Shown: one piece after another, positions 33,357 to 44,713 of the stretch
Layout of the letters: each line of letters begins with the position of its first letter
How positions within the stretch are numbered: the first letter of the stretch is position 1
From: an uncultured Helicobacter sp.
GTDB taxonomy: Bacteria; Campylobacterota; Campylobacteria; Campylobacterales; Helicobacteraceae
Length of the DNA: 64,000 nucleotides
Direction of reading: 5' to 3'
Assembly (NCBI GenBank): GCA_963559865.1
Contig: CAUWMC010000003.1
Span: forward strand, 25,056 to 89,055
Translations under genes and position numbers: made by a program
The notes under the pieces: generated by a model
Told to the model about the DNA's origin: nothing
Databases searched by the model: none
What the model saw: the letters and a program-made list of their open reading frames with translations, nothing else

Positions 33357-34049
33357 TTATTTCTTCAGCTCTAGCTCAAAGCTATGTATCTCCCCATTCA
33401 CACTCACACTCACTTGAATCAAGCCCTCCTTGAATCCACTAGGTGCATAAAGCATAAAACCGCCCTTTGGTATCCCCTTTGGCTCTAGGGTATTTTTTTG
33501 CAAAACACTCGCAAGAATAATCGCTCTCTTTGCCCGATTTTCATCAAGTCGCATTTGCTGCTGCATTCTCTCTCGTGCGGAAATAATCATATAATCATAC
33601 ACATAAAATCCGCCCATATACCCCCTATACACAAAAGGTATTCCCACAGGCACATCTGGCATAGGAGCTGGAGGCAAATACAAATGATAAGATTCTATCA
33701 CACTCCCAAAATCATAGCTATCAGTCTTTAGCTCACCCTCGCTTAACGCAGGAATTTCTTGATTATTTTGATATATACGCACATTAGTTTTATCAAAGAT
33801 TGTGGGCTGATTGGCAAGATTCTGTGCTAGGACAAAAATAGCTAGGGGGATACCGCTTGACCCACCGACTTTGCCTTGCCCCACTTCAATACGCACCTTA
33901 CTCTTTGGTTGTATAGAATCTAAAATTTTCACGCCCTCATTGTATAGGCTTACATTCTTAGCCTCAAGCGTGTAACTCGCACATCCGCTCCACAAAGCCA
34001 CGATACCAACAAGCACAAAGCCATATAGTAGCCATAATGCAGCTCTCAA
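33357..34049 (-). CDS. Uncharacterised 230-aa lipoprotein
   Basis: Hydrophobic signal ending in WSGC lipobox-like sequence; beta-rich mature domain. Confidence 0.65.
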   Translation of the reverse strand: MRAALWLLYGFVLVGIVALWSGCASYTLEAKNVSLYNEGVKILDSIQPKSKVRIEVGQGKVGGSSGIPLAIFVLAQNLANQPTIFDKTNVRIYQNNQEIPALSEGELKTDSYDFGSVIESYHLYLPPAPMPDVPVGIPFVYRGYMGGFYVYDYMIISARERMQQQMRLDENRAKRAIILASVLQKNTLEPKGIPKGGFMLYAPSGFKEGLIQVSVSVNGEIHSFELELKK

Positions 34050-34058
34050 GCCAAACTC

Positions 34059-34400
34059 CTAGTAATCACTCTCCTTTGCCTTTGCACCAGCAATACAGAG
34101 CAAAATAATTGAAAAAAGATTCGCCACAACCGCACCCACAACAAGTGCCGTAGCAATCTCAATATCACCAAAAACCTGCAAAAACACAAATGCAGGAATC
34201 AAATGAAAATCAGCCACTAAAGAGCTTGCAAAAAGCTCGGCAGAAAGGCTATTTTTCACACCGATACGCAAGGTTGTAGCGATAAAATTAATCGCTGTTG
34301 CAATAAACAAAATGACAATATTGCTCTCATACAAAAAGCCTAGTGTAAAAGTCAAGCTCATCAAACTAAAAAATACAAAAAATACCCTACCCCAATCCAT
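34059..34400 (-). CDS. Small membrane protein following secF (HP1548/DUF6394-like)
   Basis: Four hydrophobic segments, MDWGRVFF N-terminus, conserved position after secF. Confidence 0.7.
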   Translation of the reverse strand: MDWGRVFFVFFSLMSLTFTLGFLYESNIVILFIATAINFIATTLRIGVKNSLSAELFASSLVADFHLIPAFVFLQVFGDIEIATALVVGAVVANLFSIILLCIAGAKAKESDY

Positions 34401-34422
34401 ATTTCCTCCTTATACACAACCT

Positions 34423-35394
34423 TTACAGGCGACCTTTCTCATACATCTCACGCAAACGCTTCTTCTCCTCCTTGCGTTTGAGCTTTTTAGCTTCCTTTTG
34501 ATAATACTCCTCAAGGCTAAAGCCAAACATCATAGCCAAACGCGGAGCAACAAAAATTGAACTACAAGTCGCCACAATCACACCCACAAGCATAGGGAGT
34601 GAAAATCCTACAATAATCTCTCCGCCAAAAAGATAGAGTGTCAGCACCACAAAAAACACCGTGAGTGAAGTAAGCAAGGTGCGTGAGAGTGTGCGAGAAA
34701 CCGCTTCATTAATCACATATCGCATATCTTTTTGACGCTTTATGAGCATTTGCTCACGGATTCTATCAAAGATAATAATCGTATCATTAATGGAATATCC
34801 AATCAGTGTAAGCAAGGCTGCCAAAACATCAAGATTAAAATCCACTCCTGCAAGAATCACCACACCAGATACAATCACCACATCGTGTATCAATGCCAAA
34901 ACACCAGCTAAAGAGAATCTCCACTCATACCTAAAGGAAATATAAATCATCATTGCCACAAGTGCTAAGGTGAGTGCAATAATACCATTTTGTTTAAGCT
35001 CATCACCCACCTTTGGACCAACAGAATCTAGCCGTCTTAACTCAAAATCCCCACTTGGCTTTAAAAGTGTAATAATATCTTGTGCCATATCCTCATTTAC
35101 ACCTGTTGGGATATATGGAATCTTAAGTAGCACTTCTTGTTTAGAGCCAAACTCACTCACTTGCGAATTTTTAAACCGCTCATCTTTGGCGAGTAATTCC
35201 CTAATCTCCGCTAAAGGAGCGTCTTTGCTATATTGCAACTGCACCACAGAGCCACCAGCAAAGTCAATCCCTAAACTAAAACCTTTCACACCCAAAAGCA
35301 CAAAAGAAGCTATAATCAAAACAATTGAAACAACAAGCCCATAAGAACTATACTTGACAAAATCATACACTTTTACTTTCTTAAAGACTTCCAT
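34423..35394 (-). CDS. secF: Protein translocase subunit SecF
   Basis: GIDFAGG, VGPKVGDEL, GYSINDTIIIFDRIRE and SRTLLTS motifs. Confidence 0.96.
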   Translation of the reverse strand: MEVFKKVKVYDFVKYSSYGLVVSIVLIIASFVLLGVKGFSLGIDFAGGSVVQLQYSKDAPLAEIRELLAKDERFKNSQVSEFGSKQEVLLKIPYIPTGVNEDMAQDIITLLKPSGDFELRRLDSVGPKVGDELKQNGIIALTLALVAMMIYISFRYEWRFSLAGVLALIHDVVIVSGVVILAGVDFNLDVLAALLTLIGYSINDTIIIFDRIREQMLIKRQKDMRYVINEAVSRTLSRTLLTSLTVFFVVLTLYLFGGEIIVGFSLPMLVGVIVATCSSIFVAPRLAMMFGFSLEEYYQKEAKKLKRKEEKKRLREMYEKGRL

Positions 35395-35399
35395 TATTG

Positions 35400-37178
35400 C
35401 TATCCTTTTATGTTTTGTGTTTGAGTGCTTGGTAGCTTAATCCCAAACCACAAACTCACATTACCACTTTTCACAATCCTCGCCAACATTGCTTGGTAAA
35501 TGCCGTGAGTGCCAACAATAGCAGTCAAAATGGAGGCTGTGATACCAATCCCCATTGTAATGGCAAAGCCCTTAATCGCACCACTTCCAAAGGCATAGAG
35601 CAAAATAGCCGCGATAAGTGTTGTGAGGTTTGAATCAAAAATTGCCCTTGAAGCATTTGCATAGCCCATTTCTATGGACTTAGCAATGCCAAATCCCTCA
35701 CGCAAGGCTTCGCGGATTCTCTCATTAATGATAATATTCGCATCAACTGCCATTCCCACCGTAAGCACAATTCCAGCCATTCCCGGCAGCGTCAAAGACG
35801 CCCCAAAACAAGCCATAACCGCAATGATTAAGACAATATTGACAAATAATGCCACAACAGCAATAACACCAGCCAAAGAATAATATACCATCATAAATAA
35901 CACCACAAGCACAAAGCCACTTATAAGGGCAATAAGCGATGCTTTAATAGAATCTTCCCCAAGGCTTGGACCCACACTGCGTTTTTCAAGCACTTCCATA
36001 GGGGCAGGTAATGCTCCACTTTTCAAAGCAATAGCCAAATCACTCGCTTCTTCTACACTAAAGCCACCGCTGATTTGCCCGCTCCCACCGCCGATACGCT
36101 CTCGTATCACAGGTGCGGAATACACCTTACCATCAAGCACAATCGCCATTCTTTTGCCAACATTAGCACCAGAAAAATCCCCAAAGATTCTAGCACCCTT
36201 TGAATCTAGGCTAAAACTCACGATGGGTTGATTATTTTGATCAAATGCTGCTCTTGCATCTGTGAGCATTGAACCATCAAGGATTGGCACAGCTTTGAGC
36301 AAAATGACTTGATTGCCCCTTGCCTTTTGAGATTCTAGCTCCGCACTTAGACGCTTTATTTCATTTATGAGATTCTCTTTTTTTTGTATATCAGTTTGAG
36401 AAGGTGCATTTTCTAATGTATTGAGCTGAGATTGAATAGAGGCGAGATTATTTTCCAATGCCTGTATAGTGGAATTTGCAAAGGGTAAAATCACATCATT
36501 ATATTTTTGTGCCTCAAGCTCACTCATCGTGCTTACACGCGCATTTCTCTCTTCATCAACAGCCATCATTTGCAAATGTGCGGGTTTAGCTATTAAATCC
36601 CTTGCTCTCTGCTCTTCTTCCACACTCTTAATGCCCGGTAGCTGCACCAAAATATTATCTTTACCCTGTTGAGTAACGCTTGGCTCGGCTAACCCAAACT
36701 CATCTAAACGATTACGAATCGTGCCAATGGCTTGTTTTAACGCACTATCTTTGATTTCCTCTTTATACTCCGGAGCAAAAACAATGGTATAAAAGCCATT
36801 ACTCTCACTCACCTGCAAACCATTAATCGCAGAGAGAATCCGCTCAATCTTTGGCTTCTCATCGCTATCCACAAGCTCAAAGCTTACATATTCTTCAAGC
36901 ACTTTAAGATTATCAATTAAAACATTCTCTTTTTTGGTGTCAAAGACAATTTGTGAGGCAAGAGAAGAGAATCTTGCCTTAATCGCCTCCTCGGTTTTCA
37001 CGCCAAGCAAGAGATTTAGCCCCCCTTGCAAGTCAAGTCCTAAGGATATTTTACGCCCTTGAATATCTGTAAAGGAAGGTAGGCATAAGGCAATGCCAAG
37101 CACTGCTGCTACAATAAGCGACCATAAACGATAATTAAAGCCTTGAGTATTTTGAGGCTGAAATGACGACTTTGCCAT
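35400..37178 (-). CDS. secD: Protein translocase subunit SecD with a coiled-coil insertion
   Basis: [36 protein letters not shown] and IFDSNLTT motifs. Confidence 0.96.
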   Translation of the reverse strand: MAKSSFQPQNTQGFNYRLWSLIVAAVLGIALCLPSFTDIQGRKISLGLDLQGGLNLLLGVKTEEAIKARFSSLASQIVFDTKKENVLIDNLKVLEEYVSFELVDSDEKPKIERILSAINGLQVSESNGFYTIVFAPEYKEEIKDSALKQAIGTIRNRLDEFGLAEPSVTQQGKDNILVQLPGIKSVEEEQRARDLIAKPAHLQMMAVDEERNARVSTMSELEAQKYNDVILPFANSTIQALENNLASIQSQLNTLENAPSQTDIQKKENLINEIKRLSAELESQKARGNQVILLKAVPILDGSMLTDARAAFDQNNQPIVSFSLDSKGARIFGDFSGANVGKRMAIVLDGKVYSAPVIRERIGGGSGQISGGFSVEEASDLAIALKSGALPAPMEVLEKRSVGPSLGEDSIKASLIALISGFVLVVLFMMVYYSLAGVIAVVALFVNIVLIIAVMACFGASLTLPGMAGIVLTVGMAVDANIIINERIREALREGFGIAKSIEMGYANASRAIFDSNLTTLIAAILLYAFGSGAIKGFAITMGIGITASILTAIVGTHGIYQAMLARIVKSGNVSLWFGIKLPSTQTQNIKG

Positions 37179-37472
37179 CTATTCTTGAGCTTCACTCTCA
37201 TCAAGTTTATATGCAATAAACTCTCTTGAAAGTCTTACGATCGTATCATCATTTAAACGCACACTAAAAAATGTCTTTTCTGCTTTGACAACCTCACAAA
37301 TCAGCCCGCCAGTAGTGATAATCTTATCACCCTTTTGCAATGCATTAATCATCTCTTGATGTTTTTTGCGTTTGACATTTGCTGGGCGAATCAGCAAAAG
37401 GTAAAAAATAGCGATAAAAAAAACAATAGGGAGTAATGAGATAAGCGTTTCTTGCATTCCACCTTGTTCCAT
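37179..37472 (-). CDS. yajC: Preprotein translocase subunit YajC
   Basis: FYLLLIRP and LQKGDKIITTGGL motifs. Confidence 0.94.
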   Translation of the reverse strand: MEQGGMQETLISLLPIVFFIAIFYLLLIRPANVKRKKHQEMINALQKGDKIITTGGLICEVVKAEKTFFSVRLNDDTIVRLSREFIAYKLDESEAQE

Positions 37473-37520
37473 AACAATCCTTTAAGAGTAAATTAAAGTG
37501 CGGATTGTATCCAAAAATAG

Positions 37521-38852
37521 TTAAGATTTGGCTTTGCTGATTTGATGATAAACAAGCAAAAAGAGTGAGCCAACAATCCCAGCAATACTTGAAGCAAGTA
37601 AAATTGCCACCTTAGCTACATCTGCAGAGCCCGGATCATCAAAGGCTAAATTACTTACAAACATTGACATTGTAAAGCCAATCCCCGCAAGCATTCCTGC
37701 CCCAAAAATATGACTCCAAGTTACACCCTCTGGACGCGAGGCAATTTTGAGTTTTTCACATACAAAGCTCAAGCCCAAAATCCCCAAAGGCTTACCAACA
37801 ACGAGCCCAAGAATAATACCAAGCATAATATGGTCAATGTGGAAATTCACTTCAGCTTGTATATTTACCCCAGCATTTGCAAATGCAAAAAGTGGCATAA
37901 TGATATACGCACATAGCGGTTGCAAGGCGTGTTCTAGCCGCAAAAGAGGGTTTTGCACCTTTGTAAAATCGTGTGAAAGCTCATTAATGGCACTCATTTG
38001 CTCCGTATCAAGCAAAATATTTTTTCGCTCCTTTTCCTTATCCACAAACACCTGCATAAGTTGTCGCACAACTTCAATAAAATCTTTGCTTTGAATCTTA
38101 GGCTTCACAGGAATACAAAATGCCAATGCCACAGCAGCTATTGTCGCGTGAATCCCGCCGTGATGCACACAAAACCATAAAACAATCCCAACACCCAAAT
38201 ACACATCAAGTCGCCTTACCCCAAAGCGATTTAAAACCACCAAAAATGCCACAATGCCAAATGCCGCAAAAAGATAAGTAAAATGCAAGCCTTCAGGTGA
38301 TGGATAAAAAATCGCAATCACAGCAATCGCACCCAAATCATCAGCCACAGCCAAAGTTACAAGAAAAACTTTCAAAGCCAAAGGCACACGCTTTCCAAGG
38401 AGTAAAATCACACCCAAAGCAAAGGCGATATCCGTTGCCATTGGAATCCCAAAGCCGTGATATGAGGGTGTGCCAGCATTCATCGCATAATAAATCACAC
38501 CCGGCACAACCATACCACCAATAGCCCCAATCACAGGAAAGGCAGCCTTGGCAAACCCCGATAAATCCCCAAATAATAACTCACGCTTTATCTCCAAGCC
38601 TACCATAAGAAAAAATACAGACATCAACACATCACTAATCCAATCGTGTATGCTAAAGCCATAAAAATTCCCCGCAAAACTAAAGCCAAAGGGCTGCTCC
38701 CAAAAGTTTTTATACAAATCAGCCAAGGGTGAATTTGCCACAATCATCGCACTCACAGCACAAAAAAACAAAAAAATACCACTAAAAGATTCTGCACGGA
38801 TAAAATTACTCAATGCTTCTGAAATCTTATTCTGCCTTGCTTGTTTTGTCAT
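37521..38852 (-). CDS. nhaA: Na+/H+ antiporter NhaA (copy 1)
   Basis: [21 protein letters not shown] and AGIGFTMS motifs. Confidence 0.95.
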   Translation of the reverse strand: MTKQARQNKISEALSNFIRAESFSGIFLFFCAVSAMIVANSPLADLYKNFWEQPFGFSFAGNFYGFSIHDWISDVLMSVFFLMVGLEIKRELLFGDLSGFAKAAFPVIGAIGGMVVPGVIYYAMNAGTPSYHGFGIPMATDIAFALGVILLLGKRVPLALKVFLVTLAVADDLGAIAVIAIFYPSPEGLHFTYLFAAFGIVAFLVVLNRFGVRRLDVYLGVGIVLWFCVHHGGIHATIAAVALAFCIPVKPKIQSKDFIEVVRQLMQVFVDKEKERKNILLDTEQMSAINELSHDFTKVQNPLLRLEHALQPLCAYIIMPLFAFANAGVNIQAEVNFHIDHIMLGIILGLVVGKPLGILGLSFVCEKLKIASRPEGVTWSHIFGAGMLAGIGFTMSMFVSNLAFDDPGSADVAKVAILLASSIAGIVGSLFLLVYHQISKAKS

Positions 38853-38874
38853 TGCTACTCCTTAAAATTTAATA

Positions 38875-40386
38875 TCAAATTACACTTTGTGTGTTTTTAA
38901 GCCTTTGAATCTCATCTTCTTCGCTTAACACCTCCATTTGCTCTTGCTTTTTTATTGTGCTTAAATACACCGCAACTAGCCCAAGCAATGCTGCAATAGA
39001 TGATGCCACAAGAATGGAAATCTTAGATAGATCAATACTCATCATATCGTCTTTGTAAGCAAGATTTGCTACAAACATTGACATTGTAAAGCCAATACCC
39101 GAGAGCATACCAACAGATAGGATATGTCCATAGTTTAAGTCCTTTGGACGCGTAGCAAGATTGAGCCTCTCTCCCACAAAACAAAATAGCACAACACCTA
39201 TTGGCTTCCCTACCACCAAACCCAAAATTGTCCCAATCATCACGCTATTCAGGCTAATCTCAACGCCATCTTCAAGCGACACTCCAGCATTGGCAAAAGC
39301 AAAAAGCGGCACGAAAAAATACGCACATAGCGGTTGCAAGGCGTGTTCTAATCGCAAAAGAGGGTTTTGTGCGTAGCGTGAGTATGTCCCTATGGTGTCA
39401 AGCATATGCACGAGTTGTGAAGTCTTTGCCATATCAATCTTTTTTTCCACATCTTGTGTGCCAAACACAAAATTTTTAATATTCTTAAAGCTCCCCTTCC
39501 AGAATCCAAGCTTTTCTGCCTCATTTGTATGGATAACATCACTCCACTCATTTGTAGCAGTTTTCATCTTATCAAACTCTTTAAGCATATTAATAAAATA
39601 CCGCCTATTTACACGCGTCCGCCCCGGAATTGCCATAGCCAAAATCACTGCCGCAATCGTTACGTGAATCCCACTATGATGCACACAAATCCACAGCAAG
39701 ATTCCAACCAAAAAATACAATGACAAATGCTTTGTATCACGATAATTAAGATACACCAGCACTGCTATGAGTGCCAAAGAAGCATAAATCCACTCCAAAT
39801 GAATAGTATCTGAATAAAAAATAGCGATAACAGAAATAGCACCCAAATCATCTGCCACAGCCAAAGTTACAAGAAAAACTTTCAAAATCTTTGGCACCCT
39901 ATGACCAAGGAGCATAACAAGCCCTAAAGCAAAAGCAGTATCGGTGCTCATCGCTACGCCAAAGCCATTTTCGTATGCCGTGCCAACATTAAAATACAAA
40001 TAAATTATCACAGGACATACAATCCCGCCAAATGCCGCCAAAAATGAAAAGCTCACTTTCTTAAATCCTGCTAACTCTCCATACAGCATTTCACGCTTCA
40101 TCTCTAAACCCACGAGCAAAAAGAAAAACGACATCAGCACATCATTGATAAACTCTTGCAAATTGGTCTTTAGGCTTGAATCTGCAAAAAAGACCCCAAA
40201 ATCAGTATGAAAAAACTCAAAATACATATCCGCATAAGGAGAGTTTGCCACAAGCATAGCCGCTGCCACGCAAAATGCAAGCAAGATTCCACCAAAAGAT
40301 TCGTGTTTAATAAAGGCATTAAGATTTTCTTGCAATTTATCTTTGACATATGAGTGTTTGGTGGGCTTTAGCTTTGCCTCTTGCAT
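38875..40386 (-). CDS. nhaA: Na+/H+ antiporter NhaA (copy 2, longer loop)
   Basis: [20 protein letters not shown] and SGIGFTMS motifs. Confidence 0.93.
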   Translation of the reverse strand: MQEAKLKPTKHSYVKDKLQENLNAFIKHESFGGILLAFCVAAAMLVANSPYADMYFEFFHTDFGVFFADSSLKTNLQEFINDVLMSFFFLLVGLEMKREMLYGELAGFKKVSFSFLAAFGGIVCPVIIYLYFNVGTAYENGFGVAMSTDTAFALGLVMLLGHRVPKILKVFLVTLAVADDLGAISVIAIFYSDTIHLEWIYASLALIAVLVYLNYRDTKHLSLYFLVGILLWICVHHSGIHVTIAAVILAMAIPGRTRVNRRYFINMLKEFDKMKTATNEWSDVIHTNEAEKLGFWKGSFKNIKNFVFGTQDVEKKIDMAKTSQLVHMLDTIGTYSRYAQNPLLRLEHALQPLCAYFFVPLFAFANAGVSLEDGVEISLNSVMIGTILGLVVGKPIGVVLFCFVGERLNLATRPKDLNYGHILSVGMLSGIGFTMSMFVANLAYKDDMMSIDLSKISILVASSIAALLGLVAVYLSTIKKQEQMEVLSEEDEIQRLKNTQSVI

Positions 40387-40622
40387 AGAATCTCCTCTAA
40401 AGATAATGCCAAATCAGTTTTGGGTTCTAAGTTTTGAGTATGGAAACCTTAAAAAAAGTGGGGCGTTGAAAGTCCGCATTATACTTAATTGAAATGCTCT
40501 AGTCAAGGGGAGCTAAGCGACTTTTTAGACTTACTCTCATTAATTTCATACTTCTTTATAAGATAAAACCTACCCAAACCTTCTGCAAACCAAAGATTCT
40601 GCTCTTACAAATAGAATCCAAC

Positions 40623-43589
40623 TTATACTTCCACCTCATCAAACAACACTTCCTCAAACTGCTCATCTTGCTTGTTTAAAGGATAGACAACAAAACCTCG
40701 TATAGTTTTACACTCCTTCATAGTTTCATACTCCTTCTTGGCAAGGTATTTTTGCTTCAAAAACTCCATATACCCACGCACTTGCTGCTTTTGTGAATCT
40801 ACATCACCCGCTGCACTTTTATAATCTAGCACAATCCATTCTTGTTTATCATACAAAAGCGTATCCATACGATAAAGATAATTATCCGTCATATAGCTCA
40901 CTTCACACGCAATATGCTTTGCTCCAAGCAACTTTTTAAACACCACATTTTGTGTGCAATCCACAGCCTTTTGAATGGACTGCTCTATATTTTCTAATGA
41001 CAATACAAATCCATAGCGGTTAAACAAAATGCTTTGTATATCCTCTATTGCCATTTTATATCCCAAATATAGCTCAAACACGCTATGCAAAGCACTTCCA
41101 AAAATGATATTACGCCAACTTTGTATATCTAGGACTTCACGGCTTTGCTCCACTCGTATAAAGTCCTCCTGCTCCCCAAGCTTTGGCATTGTATGAAGGA
41201 GATATTGGCAGTTTTGCAAAGTCTGCTCTTTGTATGCCTTTGGTAAGAGTGAAATCTCATCAAGACGATGAGGGAGATTCAAAATGTCAAATTTTCCCTT
41301 AGGCTTCATTAGAACACTTAGCCCATATTTTGCCCGTGTAAAAGCCACATACAAAACATTGCGTTTTTCTTGATTTGTATGCAATGTGTGGGTTTGTAAT
41401 GCTTGCTTATATGCCTCATCAAAAACCTCTCTATGCTTCATTTTATAATAAAGCCCTTTGATGTGAATCTTGTCATACTCGGTAATAAACTTATCCTTGC
41501 TATGATTTTCCCCACCTAGTTTATCGCACAAAATCACATACTCAAACTCCAAGCCCTTTGATTTATGGATAGTCATAATTTTCACACCATAATTGCTTTG
41601 AGTTGGGGCTTGACACAACATCGTAGGCAATTCCTGCAAAAACTCCTCAATGCTCCTATACTCGCAGCTTATCTCCAAAAATCGCCAACTCACACTTTGA
41701 GCAAGCTCCAATGCCTCAATAAGCGATAAAATCGCCTTTGAAGGTGGCGTATCTATGCGAATACGAAGTGATTTGATAGTATCCATCACAGAATGCGAGT
41801 AAGATTCTCCAAGAAGCTTTGAGATATTTTTTTCATACAGCTTTAATGCACCTTTCATTTTGAAATAACTCTCTTCATTTTCCGCACTTTGTGCATATTC
41901 TTGCGTTTGCATTTTAGAATCTAGAGCAATATATTTAAGAGCATTAAGCAGGATTTTCACTTCTTTTTTTTCAAGCAATTGAGAATTTGTCTCCGTTACA
42001 ATATTGAGCTTAGGCATTTGTGCTTGAATATACTCTTTGAGACTCAAAATATCTTTATTGTCAAAAACCAAAATAGCTATCTCATCTTCACTTGCTCCGC
42101 GTTGCAAGAGTGTCTCTAGCTCATCATAAACCTGTGTGATGAGAGATTGTCTATGCTCTGCTGTTTCTTCTTTGATAGATTTTTTTGTATATTTATTATC
42201 TTGAGATGGCACAGATTCTATAATCCGCACAAAGCCATCATTATGAGTAGGAGCAAATGGATATTGCTGATTAATATATTGCTCAAAACATTGTGAAAAT
42301 ACTTCATTATTAAAATCAATCACGCGTTTGCTTGAGCGGTAGTTATAGCCAAGATTCTCTTGGGTAAGATTTTTTGTCGCCTCTTCAAAAATCCCCGCAT
42401 AGCTTCCACGAAACATATAAATACTCTGCTTCTCATCACCCACCATAAACACACTTCTATCGCCTATGCGTCCATTCCCAGCTAGAATCTCCTCAATAAT
42501 GGGTTGCAAGATTTGATACTGCATACAGCTTGTATCTTGAAACTCATCAAGCAAAATATGTGTAATCCTCTCATCTAAGCGAAAATAAAAAAAATCCCTG
42601 TCTATATTTTGTGCAAGTAGTTCATAATTTTTCATACCTATGGTATCAAAATCAAGCACATTATCTCTTTGCATTACTTTGTGTTGAGCTTGTTGATACC
42701 GAGCAAGATAATGCAAAATCTGCGTAAGAATCTGCCCTTGCTTTTGACTATAATACATCGCAAAAAGCTCATAAATCTCATCACGCACACAATCCATAGA
42801 GGATAAATCACTCTTTGTAAGATGACTATGCTCACTCCATTGTGCCAACATATTGACTTCTTTTGTTTGCATAAGCTCATCAAAAGTCTTATCAAATAGC
42901 TTTATAGCCCTTGGAGCGACATTTTGCCTTATTAGCTCATCACGAATCTTAGCCATATTCTCACTAATTTTTTGAGCTATCTGCTCTAGATTCAAATGCT
43001 TAGCATTTTGTTTGGTAGAACAAGAATTTTTAAGCACATCATTTGGTAAAAAAGAAAATTTATCTAGCATACTCAAAAAGCCTTCCAAACTTAGCCCTTG
43101 AGTAAAACAGAATCTTGCAATCTCTTGTATCTCTTTATGCGATAATGCTCCTAAAAACATCTCATAAATTTCATTTTTATTTCTCTCGCCTACATCAAAT
43201 TTTAGCGAAACGCCCACATACCAACAAAACTTTTTCAACACTGAATAAAAAAATGAATCAATAGTCGCAATGCGTGGATTGCTCTGTATAAAGTTTGCAT
43301 ACACATCGGCAATATTTTCACTGATATGTTTGGCACTTAGCCCCTTTTGTAGTAAAGCCTTGTAAATGTCATTGCTCTCAAAAGTGCCACCTTCAAAGCT
43401 TTGCAAAAGACTTTTCAAATGCTCATAGATTCTATGGTGCATTTCAATTGAAGCTTTTTTTGTAAAAGTAAGTGTAAGAATCTGATGCGGATTTGCCCCT
43501 TGAAAAAGCAAATAAATAAAACGCAATGAAAGATTAAATGTCTTGCCACTTCCCGCAGATGCCTTTAATGCCAAAAACTGCTCTTGCAT
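40623..43589 (-). CDS. addA: AddA (RecB-like) helicase-nuclease
   Basis: ASAGSGKT, LDEFQDTS, VGDEKQSIYMFRG, TIHKSKGLEF, C-terminal D...LDYK nuclease motif; synteny with nhaA. Confidence 0.88.
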   Translation of the reverse strand: MQEQFLALKASAGSGKTFNLSLRFIYLLFQGANPHQILTLTFTKKASIEMHHRIYEHLKSLLQSFEGGTFESNDIYKALLQKGLSAKHISENIADVYANFIQSNPRIATIDSFFYSVLKKFCWYVGVSLKFDVGERNKNEIYEMFLGALSHKEIQEIARFCFTQGLSLEGFLSMLDKFSFLPNDVLKNSCSTKQNAKHLNLEQIAQKISENMAKIRDELIRQNVAPRAIKLFDKTFDELMQTKEVNMLAQWSEHSHLTKSDLSSMDCVRDEIYELFAMYYSQKQGQILTQILHYLARYQQAQHKVMQRDNVLDFDTIGMKNYELLAQNIDRDFFYFRLDERITHILLDEFQDTSCMQYQILQPIIEEILAGNGRIGDRSVFMVGDEKQSIYMFRGSYAGIFEEATKNLTQENLGYNYRSSKRVIDFNNEVFSQCFEQYINQQYPFAPTHNDGFVRIIESVPSQDNKYTKKSIKEETAEHRQSLITQVYDELETLLQRGASEDEIAILVFDNKDILSLKEYIQAQMPKLNIVTETNSQLLEKKEVKILLNALKYIALDSKMQTQEYAQSAENEESYFKMKGALKLYEKNISKLLGESYSHSVMDTIKSLRIRIDTPPSKAILSLIEALELAQSVSWRFLEISCEYRSIEEFLQELPTMLCQAPTQSNYGVKIMTIHKSKGLEFEYVILCDKLGGENHSKDKFITEYDKIHIKGLYYKMKHREVFDEAYKQALQTHTLHTNQEKRNVLYVAFTRAKYGLSVLMKPKGKFDILNLPHRLDEISLLPKAYKEQTLQNCQYLLHTMPKLGEQEDFIRVEQSREVLDIQSWRNIIFGSALHSVFELYLGYKMAIEDIQSILFNRYGFVLSLENIEQSIQKAVDCTQNVVFKKLLGAKHIACEVSYMTDNYLYRMDTLLYDKQEWIVLDYKSAAGDVDSQKQQVRGYMEFLKQKYLAKKEYETMKECKTIRGFVVYPLNKQDEQFEEVLFDEVEV

Positions 43590-43700
43590 AGCCCTATCCT
43601 TAATTAAATACTCGCAGAATCTTAATTATCCCTAAGTCTTATCTAAAATATAGCAGATAGAAATTATACCCCAAGTGTAAAACTTTTTGCAAATTTTAAC

Positions 43701-43721
43701 CTTGATTACACTTTGCTAAAC
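43701..43721 (+). promoter_or_regulatory. Possible HAIR-like HspR operator
   Basis: CTTGATT-N7-GCTAAAC matches 10 of 14 positions of CTTGAGT-N7-ACTCAAG, upstream of cbpA-hspR. Confidence 0.3.
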
Positions 43722-43782
43722 TTTTATGATACAATTACGCTTAAATTTAACTATAAATCACTATAAATTTAAGGAGTTATAT

Positions 43783-44676
43783 ATGTCAAAAAGTCTTTAT
43801 GATACACTTGAAATCAGTGAAAATGCCTCACAAGAAGAGATTAAAAAAGCCTACCGCAAGCTTGCAAGAAAATATCACCCAGATATCAACAAAGATTCTG
43901 GAGCGGAAGAAAAATTTAAAGAGATTAATGCCGCGTATGAAGTTTTAAGCGATGAGAATAAAAAAGCACAATATGACCGCTTTGGCGATGCGATGTTTGG
44001 CGGACAAAACTTTCACGATTTTTCACGCTCACAAGGCAGTGGAGCAAATATTGATGATATTCTTTCCTCAATTTTTGGGCAAGGTGGATTTAGCGCGGGC
44101 AATGGGAGTGGATTCTTCGGTGGAGGATTCAGCGGATTTGGTAGTGGCGGGGATTTTGGCTTTTCAAACTTCAACGCCCCAAATCTTGATGTGCAAGAAA
44201 ATATTCAAATTCCATTTGAAAATGCCGCACTTGGTGGGAGCTATCATTATAGTGGGAGAAGTGGGAGCTTTGATATTAAGATTCCCGTAGGACTAAAAGA
44301 TAATGAAACAATCCGCCTAAAAGGCAAGGGAAACTCACACAATGGACGCTCTGGGGATTTGCTCCTCAAAGTCAAAGTGCTAGATTCAGCAGAATATGAG
44401 CGAGTAGATGATGATCTCTATAAGAATATTGACATTTCACTTAAAACCGCTCTCTTTGGCGGCAAAATCTCACTTGAAACACTCTATGGGCAAGTTACTC
44501 TCACAATCCCACAAAATACAAAAAATAATCAAAAATTCCGCATTAAAGGCAAAGGGATTAAAAACCGCAAAAGTGGGATTTTTGGGGATTTATATGTGAA
44601 AAGTAATATCATCTTACCTCATACAGATGAGCTAAGCAAAGAGGCTCAAGTTGTGCTTCAAACACAACTCCCATAA
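43783..44676 (+). CDS. cbpA: DnaJ-class co-chaperone CbpA
   Basis: J domain with HPD, G/F-rich linker, C-terminal domain, no zinc finger; AAGGAG RBS before ATG 43783. Confidence 0.9.
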   Translation: MSKSLYDTLEISENASQEEIKKAYRKLARKYHPDINKDSGAEEKFKEINAAYEVLSDENKKAQYDRFGDAMFGGQNFHDFSRSQGSGANIDDILSSIFGQGGFSAGNGSGFFGGGFSGFGSGGDFGFSNFNAPNLDVQENIQIPFENAALGGSYHYSGRSGSFDIKIPVGLKDNETIRLKGKGNSHNGRSGDLLLKVKVLDSAEYERVDDDLYKNIDISLKTALFGGKISLETLYGQVTLTIPQNTKNNQKFRIKGKGIKNRKSGIFGDLYVKSNIILPHTDELSKEAQVVLQTQLP

Positions 44677-44713
44677 ACCAAACCCAAGCAAAATCAAGTA
44701 AGGAGCAAACAAA

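Noticed and set aside
40387-40622. Possible Na+/Li+ (nhaA-type) riboswitch in the nhaA2 leader
   Set aside because: A TATAAT box is present, but I could not find the conserved riboswitch stems or sequence. An Infernal/Rfam scan would be decisive.
40623-43589. addA without an adjacent addB
   Set aside because: The two genes are known to be unlinked in H. pylori, so this is unremarkable.
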